Shown here piece after piece: positions 9,203 to 18,059 of a stretch of 64,000 nt of DNA. Position numbers and translations under genes: made by a program. The notes beneath the pieces were generated by a model that saw only the letters and a program-made list of their open reading frames with translations, was not told where the DNA came from and made no database searches. This DNA is from an uncultured Eubacteriales bacterium (GTDB lineage Bacteria > Bacillota > Clostridia > Christensenellales > CAG-314): the NCBI GenBank assembly GCA_948938605.1, contig CARAIG010000073.1, forward strand, positions 6,432 through 70,431, read 5' to 3'. Position 1 is the stretch's first letter. Every line of letters begins with the position of its first letter.

Positions 9203-9278
9203 CGAGGTGTAGCGCAGTTGGTAGCGCGCTTGGTTCGGGACCAAGAGGCCATGGGTTCGAATCCCGTCACTTCGACCA
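9203..9278 (+). tRNA. tRNA-Pro (anticodon CGG), CCA encoded
   Basis: Manual cloverleaf: acceptor cgaggtg/cacttcg, D stem gcgc/gcgc, anticodon stem cttgg/ccaag with loop ttCGGga, T arm atggg-ttcgaat-cccgt, discriminator A plus CCA. Confidence 0.9.
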
Positions 9279-9301
9279 AGTCAACGGCTCGCTTGTGAGT
9301 C

Positions 9302-9343
9302 ACAAAGATAAGGAACGCAAAAGAGCGTTCCTTTTATCTTTGT
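9302..9343 (+). terminator. Hairpin downstream of tRNA-Pro (possible terminator or processing stem)
   Basis: acaaagataaggaacgc / gcgttccttttatctttgt long stem with a weak U-tract. Confidence 0.45.
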
Positions 9344-9449
9344 TCCCTTATGCTTCGCCGTTCTGGGTTTCCGTGACGAGACAGTTCGAATTATGTAGCG
9401 CTCCACTGAGTTACGCTTACCGTTGCTACGCAAACGGACGAATCCCGTT

Positions 9450-9485
9450 CTTAGCCGAGCAACGCAGTTGCGAACGCCATGAGCG
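9450..9485 (+). repeat. 36-nt block shared with family-A copy 2
   Basis: cttagccgagcaacgcagttgcgaacgccatgagcg matches 20488-20523 at 35 of 36 positions. Confidence 0.85.
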
Positions 9486-9699
9486 TAGCGAATACTTCGA
9501 CCAAAATAACGGCAACTTGCTTTTCTGTTGCTTCTGTTGCTGTGTTTCCTTTATTTGTTCTTATTTCGACAATTTCTTATCCACGCTCACTTCGTTTGCG
9601 AGGTGTTTGCGGTTGTATTGCTTTACTCGTCTATTTGGCTAAGCCGAGTTGGAGTATTAGAAATGCAAAGTGTCTTGTTAATGTTGCGGTGTCTACAAT

Positions 9700-9770
9700 G
9701 TGGTCAATACAGCCGTTTATACGGAATTGTGAGTCGTTAATAAGCAAATCGTCCGTTTAAGCGGAATAAA
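9700..9770 (+). repeat. B-element, copy 2
   Basis: gtggtcaatacagccgtttatacggaattgtgagtcgttaataagcaaatcgtccgtttaagcggaataaa. Confidence 0.6.
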
Positions 9771-10019
9771 ATTTCTTAGTAAATGTATTATTTGCTAGTT
9801 GGCAAAAGGCGTTGTATGCTGCTTGTTTGTGCAATTTAATAGTTAATTTTTGCAATTTCCCGCATACGTATGCGTCAAAACGGATTTTTTGTTGTGTTTA
9901 ATGTTGTTAAATTACTTGCAAAAGAAAACTCGGTAAAGTATAATCTTGTCATAATAGCATACAAGCAACTACTAATGATGTCTTAGAATTATTAACTACT
10001 GTTAATCCCTCGCTATTAC

Positions 10020-10075
10020 ATCGTATCACGCAACAAAATAATTGTTTGTGTAAAAATATATTCGTGTGCGATATA
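10020..10075 (+). repeat. C-element, copy 1 (imperfect inverted repeat, promoter-proximal to mscL)
   Basis: atcgtatcacgcaacaaaataattgtttgtgtaaaaatatattcgtgtgcgata is nearly identical to 25419-25475. Confidence 0.7.
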
Positions 10076-10097
10076 ATAAAAATTTAAGGAGCGATAT

Positions 10098-10682
10098 ATG
10101 AAAAAGTTTTTTGGCGAATTTAAAAAATTCATTACCCGCGGAAACGTGCTGGATATGGCAGTCGGCGTTATCGTCGGCGGAGCGTTTACTGCAATAGTAA
10201 ACGCATTAAGCAACAACATTTTGCGCCCGTTAATTAACGCATTGCTGTCGTTAATATTAGGCAACAATTCCTTGGAAAGCGTGTACACAATGTTAGTTCC
10301 CGCTTACACCGACGAAACAAAGACGGTTATCGACTACGCAAGTTCAATATACATAGATTGGGGCGCGTTTATCAGTGCAATTATAAACTTTATCCTCATT
10401 GCGCTTGTACTGTTCTGTATCGTTAAAGCAATCAATGCGGCAAACGACGGTTTGAAAAAGGGCGTTCGCAAATACGAACCCTTGACAAAGGAAGAAGTAA
10501 TTGCATACCGCAAGGAAGGTAAAAAATCCAAGGAAATTTTGGCAATTGCGCAAGCTAAACAAGCGGAGCTTGACGAAGAAAAACGCCTTGCCGACGAAGA
10601 AGCCGCCAAGAACGCTCCTAAAACGGAAGCCCAACTGCTTGCGGAAATTGCCGATTTGCTTCGCGAAAAGCAAGCGAAGTAA
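10098..10682 (+). CDS. mscL: Large-conductance mechanosensitive channel MscL with a long charged C-terminal tail
   Basis: MKKFFGEFKKFITRGNVLDMAVGVIVGGAFTAIVNAL is a canonical MscL N-terminus. AAGGAG RBS present. Confidence 0.9.
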   Translation: MKKFFGEFKKFITRGNVLDMAVGVIVGGAFTAIVNALSNNILRPLINALLSLILGNNSLESVYTMLVPAYTDETKTVIDYASSIYIDWGAFISAIINFILIALVLFCIVKAINAANDGLKKGVRKYEPLTKEEVIAYRKEGKKSKEILAIAQAKQAELDEEKRLADEEAAKNAPKTEAQLLAEIADLLREKQAK

Positions 10683-10712
10683 AGCGCCGTCGCACTGTAA
10701 AATAATGTTAAA

Positions 10713-10762
10713 ACACGTATTGATGAAGTGATGTTCGCTTCAAAGCAATGCGTGTTTTTTTT
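10713..10762 (+). terminator. Intrinsic terminator after mscL
   Basis: acacgtattg...caatgcgtgt stem followed by TTTTTTTT. Confidence 0.6.
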
Positions 10763-10945
10763 GCAATGTTTAATGTTTGGTTTTAATAATTAAGGTTGAA
10801 CAAATTTTGTCGGGCGGATTGTGCAATATTAATGTAAGCAATGCCGTATGGTTAGCAAGTACGGACGTTTGCGTATTCGTCAAGGATTGCCCTGTTCGTT
10901 GTTCGAAAGTAGCAGTTTGCCAGACGATAATTAAAGATAAGTATT

Positions 10946-10984
10946 GTGTACAAGTAACGTCATTTAAATGCTTAACTTGTACAC
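10946..10984. repeat. H-element hairpin repeat, copy 4
   Basis: gtgtacaagtaacgtcatttaaatgcttaacttgtacac, between the convergent genes mscL and pepV. Confidence 0.6.
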
Positions 10985-11145
10985 TATGTGTGGAATCGTT
11001 TTACTGTGTCCGCATACTTGCCAAACAATGCTTGTATACGGAAAGTGAAATTAAATTATTTTAAGACCAATAAAAATCCCGCACGTTTTCATTTAAACGT
11101 ACGGGATTTTGTATTTTGTTTTATTGCTGTGAATGTAGCCTGTTT

Positions 11146-12483
11146 TTATTTTGCCAGACGGTAAATTGCTTCAAGGAATATTTCCGCCATAAGTTTAAGA
11201 TTGTTTAAATCGATACATTCGTTAGGCATATGTATCGTTTGTTCTTCGCCGGGGAATAACGGCCCGAATGCAACGCAGTTATTTAAACAGCGGCTGTATG
11301 TTCCGCCCCCTATTGCAATGGGTTCAAGGTTGGTTTTCATTGCCGTATTGTAAACGTCCATTAATGTAGTTACCAGTTCGCTTTCCGCAGGAACATACAA
11401 GGGATCGCTTACGTGCCAAGGGTCTAGCGTAAATTCGCTCGGCGTGCATTTGCGCAAAAGTTCGGTCATATATTCGCAATTGTACGAAACGGGGAAGCGT
11501 ATATCTACCGTAGCTGTAAGCGTGCTTCCGTTTGTGCGCAATACGCCCAAATTGCAAGTTAAGTCGCCGCTTTGTTCGTCGTGAAGTATTATGCCCCACT
11601 TGCTTCCCGTTGTATCGCAAACTTTGTTTGCAAGGAACGTCAACGCCAAGCACTCGGGATAAATTTCGGCAAGTGCCTTTAATACATTGTGAGTTGCGTT
11701 AATACCTTCGCAAGGGGTGCTTGCATGCGCCGCTTTGCCGTAAGCGGTAAGTGTTGCCGTTTCGCCGTTTATTGCAATTTCCACGCCGTCGCGTTTAAAA
11801 CCGTCGGGCAGTTTACTTGCGGGCACAGTCGCTACGCATTTGGACGGCACTACGTTTGCGCGGTCGCCCGCAGTTACCGTTACGCCTTGGGGCAATTTGC
11901 CCAAATCTATATTAAAGTGGTAAATGCCTTTTTCGCGGTTAATTACCGGGAAGTCGCCGTCGGGCGAAAATGCAACGTCAGGACGGGGCATTGTTGCAAA
12001 GTAATGTTTTACGCAGCCCATATCCGTTTCCTCGTCGCAGCCGAATATAAGACGTACCGTTTTTGTAGGTTCGAACCCCGCTTCTTTAAGTGCTTTAACT
12101 GCAAACAGGCACGCAATCATAGGTCCTTTGTCGTCCATTGTGCCGCGTGCGTAAATTTTGCCGTCGTGGATTTCCGCCGCATACGGGGGATACTTCCATT
12201 CGGCAGGATTGGACGGCACTACGTCAAGGTGACCGAGTATTCCCAGCACTTCCTTGCCTGTTCCTTTTAAATCGACGTGACCTGCATAACCGTCGTCGTT
12301 GTAAGTTTGCAAACCCATTTGCTGTGCAGTGCTAAGCACGTAATCCAGACAGTCGCGGACTTCGCGTCCGAACGGCGCGCCGATGTCTTCCGCGCCCTTT
12401 TCCGTTTTGTAACGCAATACGTTTTGCAACGTTGCAACCAATTCGTCAAATTGTCGATCAAGTATTTTTTTAGCGTCTTTCAT
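11146..12483 (-). CDS. pepV: M20-family dipeptidase (PepV/Sapep-like)
   Basis: ...GILGHLDVVP...YARGTMDDKGP... M20 metal-binding motifs. GAGG RBS lies before the ATG at 12483. The track start at 12615 is a spurious extension. Confidence 0.85.
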   Translation of the reverse strand: MKDAKKILDRQFDELVATLQNVLRYKTEKGAEDIGAPFGREVRDCLDYVLSTAQQMGLQTYNDDGYAGHVDLKGTGKEVLGILGHLDVVPSNPAEWKYPPYAAEIHDGKIYARGTMDDKGPMIACLFAVKALKEAGFEPTKTVRLIFGCDEETDMGCVKHYFATMPRPDVAFSPDGDFPVINREKGIYHFNIDLGKLPQGVTVTAGDRANVVPSKCVATVPASKLPDGFKRDGVEIAINGETATLTAYGKAAHASTPCEGINATHNVLKALAEIYPECLALTFLANKVCDTTGSKWGIILHDEQSGDLTCNLGVLRTNGSTLTATVDIRFPVSYNCEYMTELLRKCTPSEFTLDPWHVSDPLYVPAESELVTTLMDVYNTAMKTNLEPIAIGGGTYSRCLNNCVAFGPLFPGEEQTIHMPNECIDLNNLKLMAEIFLEAIYRLAK

Positions 12484-12585
12484 TATAAACCTCAATTCGT
12501 TTAAAAATTTATATGTAATAGTATACACAAATTTTGTATATTGTGCTATTATATTTGTACAAATTTTTACAAAAAGGATAAAGCA

Positions 12586-13293
12586 ATGGCTAACGTCAAT
12601 GACGGACATAGACAAAGACTGCGCGAACGTATGTTAAAGGAAGGCTTGGAAAATTTTCAAGACCACGAACTGTTGGAATTGCTGTTATTTCAAAGCGTTC
12701 CGCGCAAGGATACTAATAAGTTGGCGCATACGCTGCTTGCAAGTTTCGGCAGTTTGCACAATGTGTTAAAATCACAGCCCGACGAATTAATGCTGGTAAA
12801 AGGCATTTCGCAAGTAACTGCGTGCAACTTGGCTATGTTAAAGGAAGTTTGGCGCAGAGCTAAACGCAGCGAAAAGGAACAACTGGATTTAAGCGATATA
12901 AAGGACATAATTAAATTTGCCCGTTTGCTTGTTGCCGAAAGTTATGCCGAACGCGTTGTTGTGGTATACGTCGACCGCGGCACAAAGTTTTTATTCAGTG
13001 AGGAATACGTTGCCGATTCCGACACGCAAACGGTACACTTGGACATTAAAAAGATTGTGTCGAGCGCAGTCAGACTGAAAGCAGGCGGGGTTATGCTGTT
13101 CCATTGTCATACGGAAGGCGATTGCAAACCGAGCAAAAGCGACATACGTTTTACTCAAAAACTACTTTATGCATTAAGCGGTTTGGAAATTGTCTTGTTA
13201 GAGCACATAATATTTGCGCCCGAAGGCGACTATTACAGTTTTTACCAAAGCGGTGTTTTGGAGCGTATGCTTGAAGATTACAAAATAGAATAA
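12586..13293 (+). CDS. radC: RadC-like JAB-domain protein (UPF0758)
   Basis: MANVNDGHRQRLRERMLKEGLENFQDHELLELLLF plus HhH, and a JAB-like motif HCHTEGDCKPSKSD. AGGA RBS present. Confidence 0.85.
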   Translation: MANVNDGHRQRLRERMLKEGLENFQDHELLELLLFQSVPRKDTNKLAHTLLASFGSLHNVLKSQPDELMLVKGISQVTACNLAMLKEVWRRAKRSEKEQLDLSDIKDIIKFARLLVAESYAERVVVVYVDRGTKFLFSEEYVADSDTQTVHLDIKKIVSSAVRLKAGGVMLFHCHTEGDCKPSKSDIRFTQKLLYALSGLEIVLLEHIIFAPEGDYYSFYQSGVLERMLEDYKIE

Positions 13294-13317
13294 AACAATT
13301 AACGAGGTTAAAAAGAT

Positions 13318-14751
13318 ATGAAACAATTACGTACAAGATTTGCGCCCAGCCCTACGGGGTATTTGCATATAGGCGGTTTGCGTACTGCGTTATATTCGTA
13401 TTTATATGTGCGTAAAAATAACGGGAAGTTTATTTTGCGCATAGAAGATACCGACCAAGGACGTTACGTTGAAGGCGCAGTGGAAATTATTTACCGCACT
13501 TTACGTGAAACAGGCATTGTGTATGACGAAGGTCCCGACGTCGGAGGCGATTACGGTCCGTACATTCAAAGCGAACGTAAAAACGAATACTTGAAATACG
13601 CAAAACAACTAGTGGAAAGCGGACACGCTTACTACTGCTTTTGCAGTGAAGAACGTTTGGCTTCCTTGCCTGACGTCAACGGTGCGCGCAGATACGACAA
13701 ACACTGCTTGCATTTAAGTAAGGACGAAGTTGAACGCCGTATTGCTTCGGGCGAAAAATACGTTATCCGCCAAAATATGCCTACAACAGGCAGTACTACT
13801 TACCACGACGCTGTTTACGGTGACATCACTATCGAAAACAGCGAACTGGAAGACCAAATTTTAATTAAGTCGGACGGTATGCCGACATACAACTTTGCAA
13901 ACGTAATAGACGACCACCTTATGCACATCAACTGCGTAATGCGCGGTGTGGAATATCTTAGCAGTACGCCTAAGTACAATTTGCTGTACGATGCGTTTGG
14001 ATGGGAACGTCCTATGTACATACATATGCCGCCCATTATGAAGGACGCGCAACATAAACTTTCCAAACGTAACGGCGACGCAAGTTACGAAGATTTAATC
14101 AAAAAAGGATTTTTAAAAGACGCTATTATCAATTACATTGCGCTGCTCGGTTGGTCGCCTAAGGACGATTCCGAAAAAATGAGTATGGACGAAATGCAGC
14201 AAAAGTTTGATATTTCAGGCATTAGTAAAAGTCCGTCGATATTCGACCCGCTAAAACTTGCTTGGCTCAACTCGTTGTACATCAAGGAAATGTCTGCCGA
14301 AGATTTTGCCGATTACGCTACTCCTTGGATGGAAAACGGCTTTTTGGCGAAATTCGACAAAACGCTTGTGTGTAAATTAATTCAAAGCCGTATCGAAACT
14401 TTCGGCGAAATGGAAGACAAACTCCGCTTCCTTGTGGAGTTCGACAAGTTCGACAAGGACTTGTACACTAATGTCAAGCAAAAAGCCGATGCAACTCTTG
14501 CCAAGGAAATACTGCCCGCAATACGCGCAAAGTTATCTGCCGTAACCGAATGGACAAACCAAAACTTGTTCGATACGTTGGTTAACTTGTCGGCGGAACT
14601 CAACTGCAAAAAGGGCGCCGTGCTGTGGATTGCACGTATTGCCCTAACGGGTCTTGCCGTAACCCCCGGCGGAGCAAGCGAGATTGCGGAAATCATCGGC
14701 AAGGACGAAACCTTGCGCCGAATTGACGAATCGATAGCAATGTTAAATTAG
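13318..14751 (+). CDS. gltX: Glutamate--tRNA ligase
   Basis: RFAPSPTGYLHIGGLRTAL (HIGH) and KLSKRNG (KMSKS-type). Confidence 0.95.
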   Translation: MKQLRTRFAPSPTGYLHIGGLRTALYSYLYVRKNNGKFILRIEDTDQGRYVEGAVEIIYRTLRETGIVYDEGPDVGGDYGPYIQSERKNEYLKYAKQLVESGHAYYCFCSEERLASLPDVNGARRYDKHCLHLSKDEVERRIASGEKYVIRQNMPTTGSTTYHDAVYGDITIENSELEDQILIKSDGMPTYNFANVIDDHLMHINCVMRGVEYLSSTPKYNLLYDAFGWERPMYIHMPPIMKDAQHKLSKRNGDASYEDLIKKGFLKDAIINYIALLGWSPKDDSEKMSMDEMQQKFDISGISKSPSIFDPLKLAWLNSLYIKEMSAEDFADYATPWMENGFLAKFDKTLVCKLIQSRIETFGEMEDKLRFLVEFDKFDKDLYTNVKQKADATLAKEILPAIRAKLSAVTEWTNQNLFDTLVNLSAELNCKKGAVLWIARIALTGLAVTPGGASEIAEIIGKDETLRRIDESIAMLN

Positions 14752-14797
14752 CATTTGCGCAATACGTTAAAACAAAAACAATATTTTCCAATAAAAT

Positions 14798-14846
14798 ACG
14801 CGCGTATCTAACGGTTAAACGACCTAAGATGTGCGCGTTTGTTTTT
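14798..14846 (+). terminator. Probable intrinsic terminator after gltX
   Basis: acgcgcgtatct / agatgtgcgcgt stem (two G-U pairs) followed by tttgttttt. Confidence 0.55.
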
Positions 14847-15012
14847 ATTGCCCGTCGTTGTCTTTTTGATACAACATAAGATTACAATACTGTAAAGATT
14901 ATGCGACGTTGCTGTGCTTTGTTATTTTGCAATATACGCATTGGCAGTATGTACATTATGCAGTACTGTTTAATATTGTAATTCATACGCTAAAACGTTT
15001 AATGTTTGCAAC

Positions 15013-15075
15013 TTGGTTGGTACAGCCGTTTTTACGGAATTTTAACGTTTAAACGGACAAACATCCGTTTTAAAT
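15013..15075 (+). repeat. B-element, copy 3
   Basis: ttggttggtacagccgtttttacggaattttaacgtttaaacggacaaacatccgttttaaat. Confidence 0.6.
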
Positions 15076-15361
15076 AAACAATTGCTTGTAAATACAGTTG
15101 CGTATAATCACAAACTAAAACCAATTAAAATATTTTTATAAATTAAAAAATGCTTTACTAACAACGGTAAAGAATAAAACGCTTTGTCAATCGGTTGCAG
15201 AAATATAAAATCGCTATTCGGCAAATTGCAATAAATGAATTGCCGCCGCACAGTGTTCAATATTTGACAATTGCTTTTTGCGGCAGTATAATGTGAAAGG
15301 TTTTTAAGTCTATTAAAAAGCATTGATGAATTTTCGGTATAGATTCGATAACGGGAGTATT

Positions 15362-16276
15362 ATGGAAGAACAATCTAAAAAGTTTAAAATTAATAAAAAA
15401 GAACTTATGCGGACAATAAAGTTTACCTTGTTTTCGATATCCGCAGGAGTAATACAAATCGTTTCGTCCTTTTTGCTTAAATTGCTTATATTGGACAAAC
15501 TTATCCCCTCCGACGCAACGATACGTTTTATTACCGAACAGCCGTTGGAAACGTTTATTGCCGAAACGGTAGGACTTGCGCTATCGATAATTTGGAACTT
15601 TACCTTTAACCGCAAGTTTACATTTAAGGCGGCAAATAATGTGCCGATAGCAATGCTATTGGCGTTTGCGTTTTATGTTCCGTTTTATCCGTTCCAAACT
15701 TGGTACATAGCAACGGTAGAAAAATCCCTTATTCATATAGGCGATTGGGGCTTTGTAATTGCACAAGTAACCGTAATGGTAATCAACTTTGTTTTGGAAT
15801 ACTTGTGGCAAACGTTTGTGGTATTCCGCAAATCCATCGATACAAATACGGCAGCGCAAAAACAGCAGCAAAACGTAGCGGAAACCGATGACGGAACGCA
15901 AGATAAAAATTCGGCAGACAATGCCGAACAAGCCGTTCAGACTAAGGACAAAGCAAAAGATATTGCAACGGATAACTTGTCGCAAAAAATAGAAGTCGAC
16001 GTTGTGCTTGTCGACGCAGGAAAGGACAAAGCAAAAGATATTGCAACGGATAACTTGTCGCAAAAAATAGAAGTCGACGTTGTGCTTGTCGACGCAGGAA
16101 AGGACAAAATTGCAGTAATAAAAGTTTTGCGCGAAGTTTTAAGTTTGGAATTGTCCCAAGCAAAAACCCTTGCGGAAAACACCCCCGCTACAATTGCGGA
16201 AAATAAGTTAAAAGACGAAGCTGTTGTTATTGCGGATAAATTACGCAACGTCGGCGCAACGGTCGAACTTAAATAG
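15362..16276 (+). CDS. GtrA-family membrane protein fused to a ribosomal protein L7/L12 C-terminal domain
   Basis: N-terminal GtrA signature (IKFTLFSISAGVIQ...SIIWNFTFNRKFTFK...WQTFVVFRKS). The C-terminal 70 aa, KIEVDVVLVDAGKDKIAVIKVLREVLSLELSQAKTLAENTPATIAENKLKDEAVVIADKLRNVGATVELK, aligns with E. coli L7/L12 [68 protein letters not shown]. GGGAG RBS lies before the ATG at 15362. Confidence 0.8.
   Translation: MEEQSKKFKINKKELMRTIKFTLFSISAGVIQIVSSFLLKLLILDKLIPSDATIRFITEQPLETFIAETVGLALSIIWNFTFNRKFTFKAANNVPIAMLLAFAFYVPFYPFQTWYIATVEKSLIHIGDWGFVIAQVTVMVINFVLEYLWQTFVVFRKSIDTNTAAQKQQQNVAETDDGTQDKNSADNAEQAVQTKDKAKDIATDNLSQKIEVDVVLVDAGKDKAKDIATDNLSQKIEVDVVLVDAGKDKIAVIKVLREVLSLELSQAKTLAENTPATIAENKLKDEAVVIADKLRNVGATVELK
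15946..16101 (+). repeat. Perfect 78-bp tandem duplication (2 units) inside the GtrA-L12 fusion gene
   Basis: Units 15946-16023 and 16024-16101 are identical. Each encodes DKAKDIATDNLSQKIEVDVVLVDAGK (26 aa), in frame. Confidence 0.95.
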
Positions 16277-16399
16277 GCATACCGCAACATTTATAAAATT
16301 AGCGCATTTATGTATAAGTAACGCCATTTAAAACATTTAGTTGTACATATTATATTGTCGTATATGTGCTTTGTTCAAAACCGATTAACAAAAAAATAT

Positions 16400-16445
16400 C
16401 CCCGAAGTTTTGTAATTGTTTAAAACTTCGGGGTTTTTTTCTTTT
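16400..16445. terminator. Bidirectional intrinsic terminator (GtrA-L12 gene / deoD)
   Basis: ccccgaagtttt...aaaacttcgggg stem flanked by an A-run and a T-run. Confidence 0.85.
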
Positions 16446-16492
16446 TTATTTTACGTTATTTACTTCAATAAACCAAAACGGCGAATATTTGT

Positions 16493-17197
16493 TTAGGCTA
16501 TTTCCAATGCCAATTCCATCATTTCGCGGAAGGAGTTTTGACGTTCGTCGGACGACAGTGCTTCGCCCGTAATTAAGTGGTCGGATATAGTGCAAATGCA
16601 CAACGCTTTTTTGCCCGCGCGTGCAGCGTTTAGGTAAAGCGCTGCGCTTTCCATTTCCACTGCCAACACGCCCATTTTGCCCCAAACGGCAGAGCCTGCT
16701 CCGTCGTCGTAAAAAGTGTCGCTGGAAAGGATATTGCCTACCTTGTAAGTAAAGCCCAACTTCTTTGCGGTTTCCACCGCTTTTTCCAGCAATTCGTAAC
16801 TTGCAATCGGCGCTATCGTTCCCGGCATACCGAACTGGTGGGCGTAGTTGCTGTTGGTGCACGCGCCTTGTCCGAATACTAAGTTGCGGACTTTTAAATC
16901 GGGATGTATCGCTCCTGCCGAGCCGATACGGATTATATTTTCCACACCGTAAAAATTGTACAATTCGTAACTGTAAATGCCTATGGACGGAATACCCATT
17001 CCGCTTGCCATGACGGATACGCGCTTGCCCTTGTACAAGCCCGTATATCCTTGTACTCCGCGTACGTTGTTAACAAGTACCGCGTCGGTCAAAAAGTTTT
17101 CGGCAATGTATTTTGCGCGGAGCGGATCGCCCGGCATAAGGACAGTCGGCGCAAAGTCGCCTTTTTTTGCAGAAATGTGAGGGGTAGGGATAGACAT
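16493..17197 (-). CDS. deoD: Purine nucleoside phosphorylase, DeoD type
   Basis: MSIPTPHISAKKGDFAPTVLMPGDPLRAKYIAENFL...SGMGIPS. AGGAG RBS lies before the ATG at 17197. Confidence 0.9.
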   Translation of the reverse strand: MSIPTPHISAKKGDFAPTVLMPGDPLRAKYIAENFLTDAVLVNNVRGVQGYTGLYKGKRVSVMASGMGIPSIGIYSYELYNFYGVENIIRIGSAGAIHPDLKVRNLVFGQGACTNSNYAHQFGMPGTIAPIASYELLEKAVETAKKLGFTYKVGNILSSDTFYDDGAGSAVWGKMGVLAVEMESAALYLNAARAGKKALCICTISDHLITGEALSSDERQNSFREMMELALEIA

Positions 17198-17446
17198 AAG
17201 TAAATGCTCCTTATATTTAAATTTGCAGAGTTGGCGCAAATACCGAGCAAATTTACGTTATTTAACAGCGGTAATTTTGTCAACGTCTTGACTTGAATAG
17301 TTTAACATAAAACGTAAAATCTTACAATACCCAAAATTAAAAAGTTTGTTTAAAAGTTCGTTTGCTTTGTACATTTGCAAAGTCCACACTGTGCAATTGC
17401 TTAAAGTAACCTGTTTGTAAAAATAATCGGGGATAATAGTAAACAC

Positions 17447-17475
17447 TTGACTTATACTAAGTATTTTGTTAAAAT
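17447..17475 (+). promoter_or_regulatory. Putative rpmH operon promoter (-35 TTGACT, 17 bp, -10 TAAAAT)
   Basis: TTGACT at 17447-17452 and TAAAAT at 17470-17475, about 100 nt upstream of rpmH. Confidence 0.45.
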
Positions 17476-17577
17476 AAAGCAGTATGTTATCGGCTGTTGA
17501 ATATATTAGCCAAAAACAAAAAAACACAAACAAATAATGCGCGTGTTTAACCGCGCAGACATAAGGAGAAACTGAAA

Positions 17578-17712
17578 ATGAAAAGAACTTACCAACCTAA
17601 AAAAAGACAAAGAAGCAAAGTACACGGTTTCCGTGCAAGAATGAAGACAACCGGCGGACGTAGAACTCTTGCAAGAAGAAGAAACAAGGGACGTCATTCT
17701 CTTTCCGCATAA
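17578..17712 (+). CDS. rpmH: 50S ribosomal protein L34
   Basis: [53 protein letters not shown] present. Absent from the track because it is shorter than 60 aa. Confidence 0.95.
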   Translation: MKRTYQPKKRQRSKVHGFRARMKTTGGRRTLARRRNKGRHSLSA

Positions 17713-17726
17713 GCAGGTAAATAACG

Positions 17727-18059
17727 TTGAAGTCTAAGTACAGACTCAAAAAAAATTATCAATACAACTATGTGTACAAACACGCCAAAAGCGTTGCCGA
17801 CAAAAACTTTGTAATGCTGTTTTGCAAAAGCAATAACCAAGTTCCGCAAGCGGGTTTTTCCGTTAGCAAAAAGTTCGGCAATGCAGTACGTCGAAACAGA
17901 GTCCGTCGTCAGCTTAAAGCAGCGGTAAGTAATTTAATGCCGAAAGTCAAACCGCATTACAACATAGTATTTATTCCGCGCAAAAGCGGAAGTTACTTGT
18001 ATGCCGACATTGTCGAAAGCGTAACAAGTTTGTTCGAAAAATCGGGGTTGCTTGTATGA
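17727..18059 (+). CDS. rnpA: Ribonuclease P protein component
   Basis: Position after rpmH, plus the basic RNR-type motif FGNAVRRNRVRRQLK. Confidence 0.9.
   Translation: MKSKYRLKKNYQYNYVYKHAKSVADKNFVMLFCKSNNQVPQAGFSVSKKFGNAVRRNRVRRQLKAAVSNLMPKVKPHYNIVFIPRKSGSYLYADIVESVTSLFEKSGLLV

Noticed and set aside
8847-9642. ORFs 8847..9158(-), 9295..9642(+), 9479..9760(+) and 9528..9740(+) in the tRNA-Pro spacer.
   Set aside because: They overlap the tRNA promoter/leader and the repeat elements, and they mutually overlap in several frames. They have no RBS and implausible composition. I treat the region as non-coding repeat DNA.
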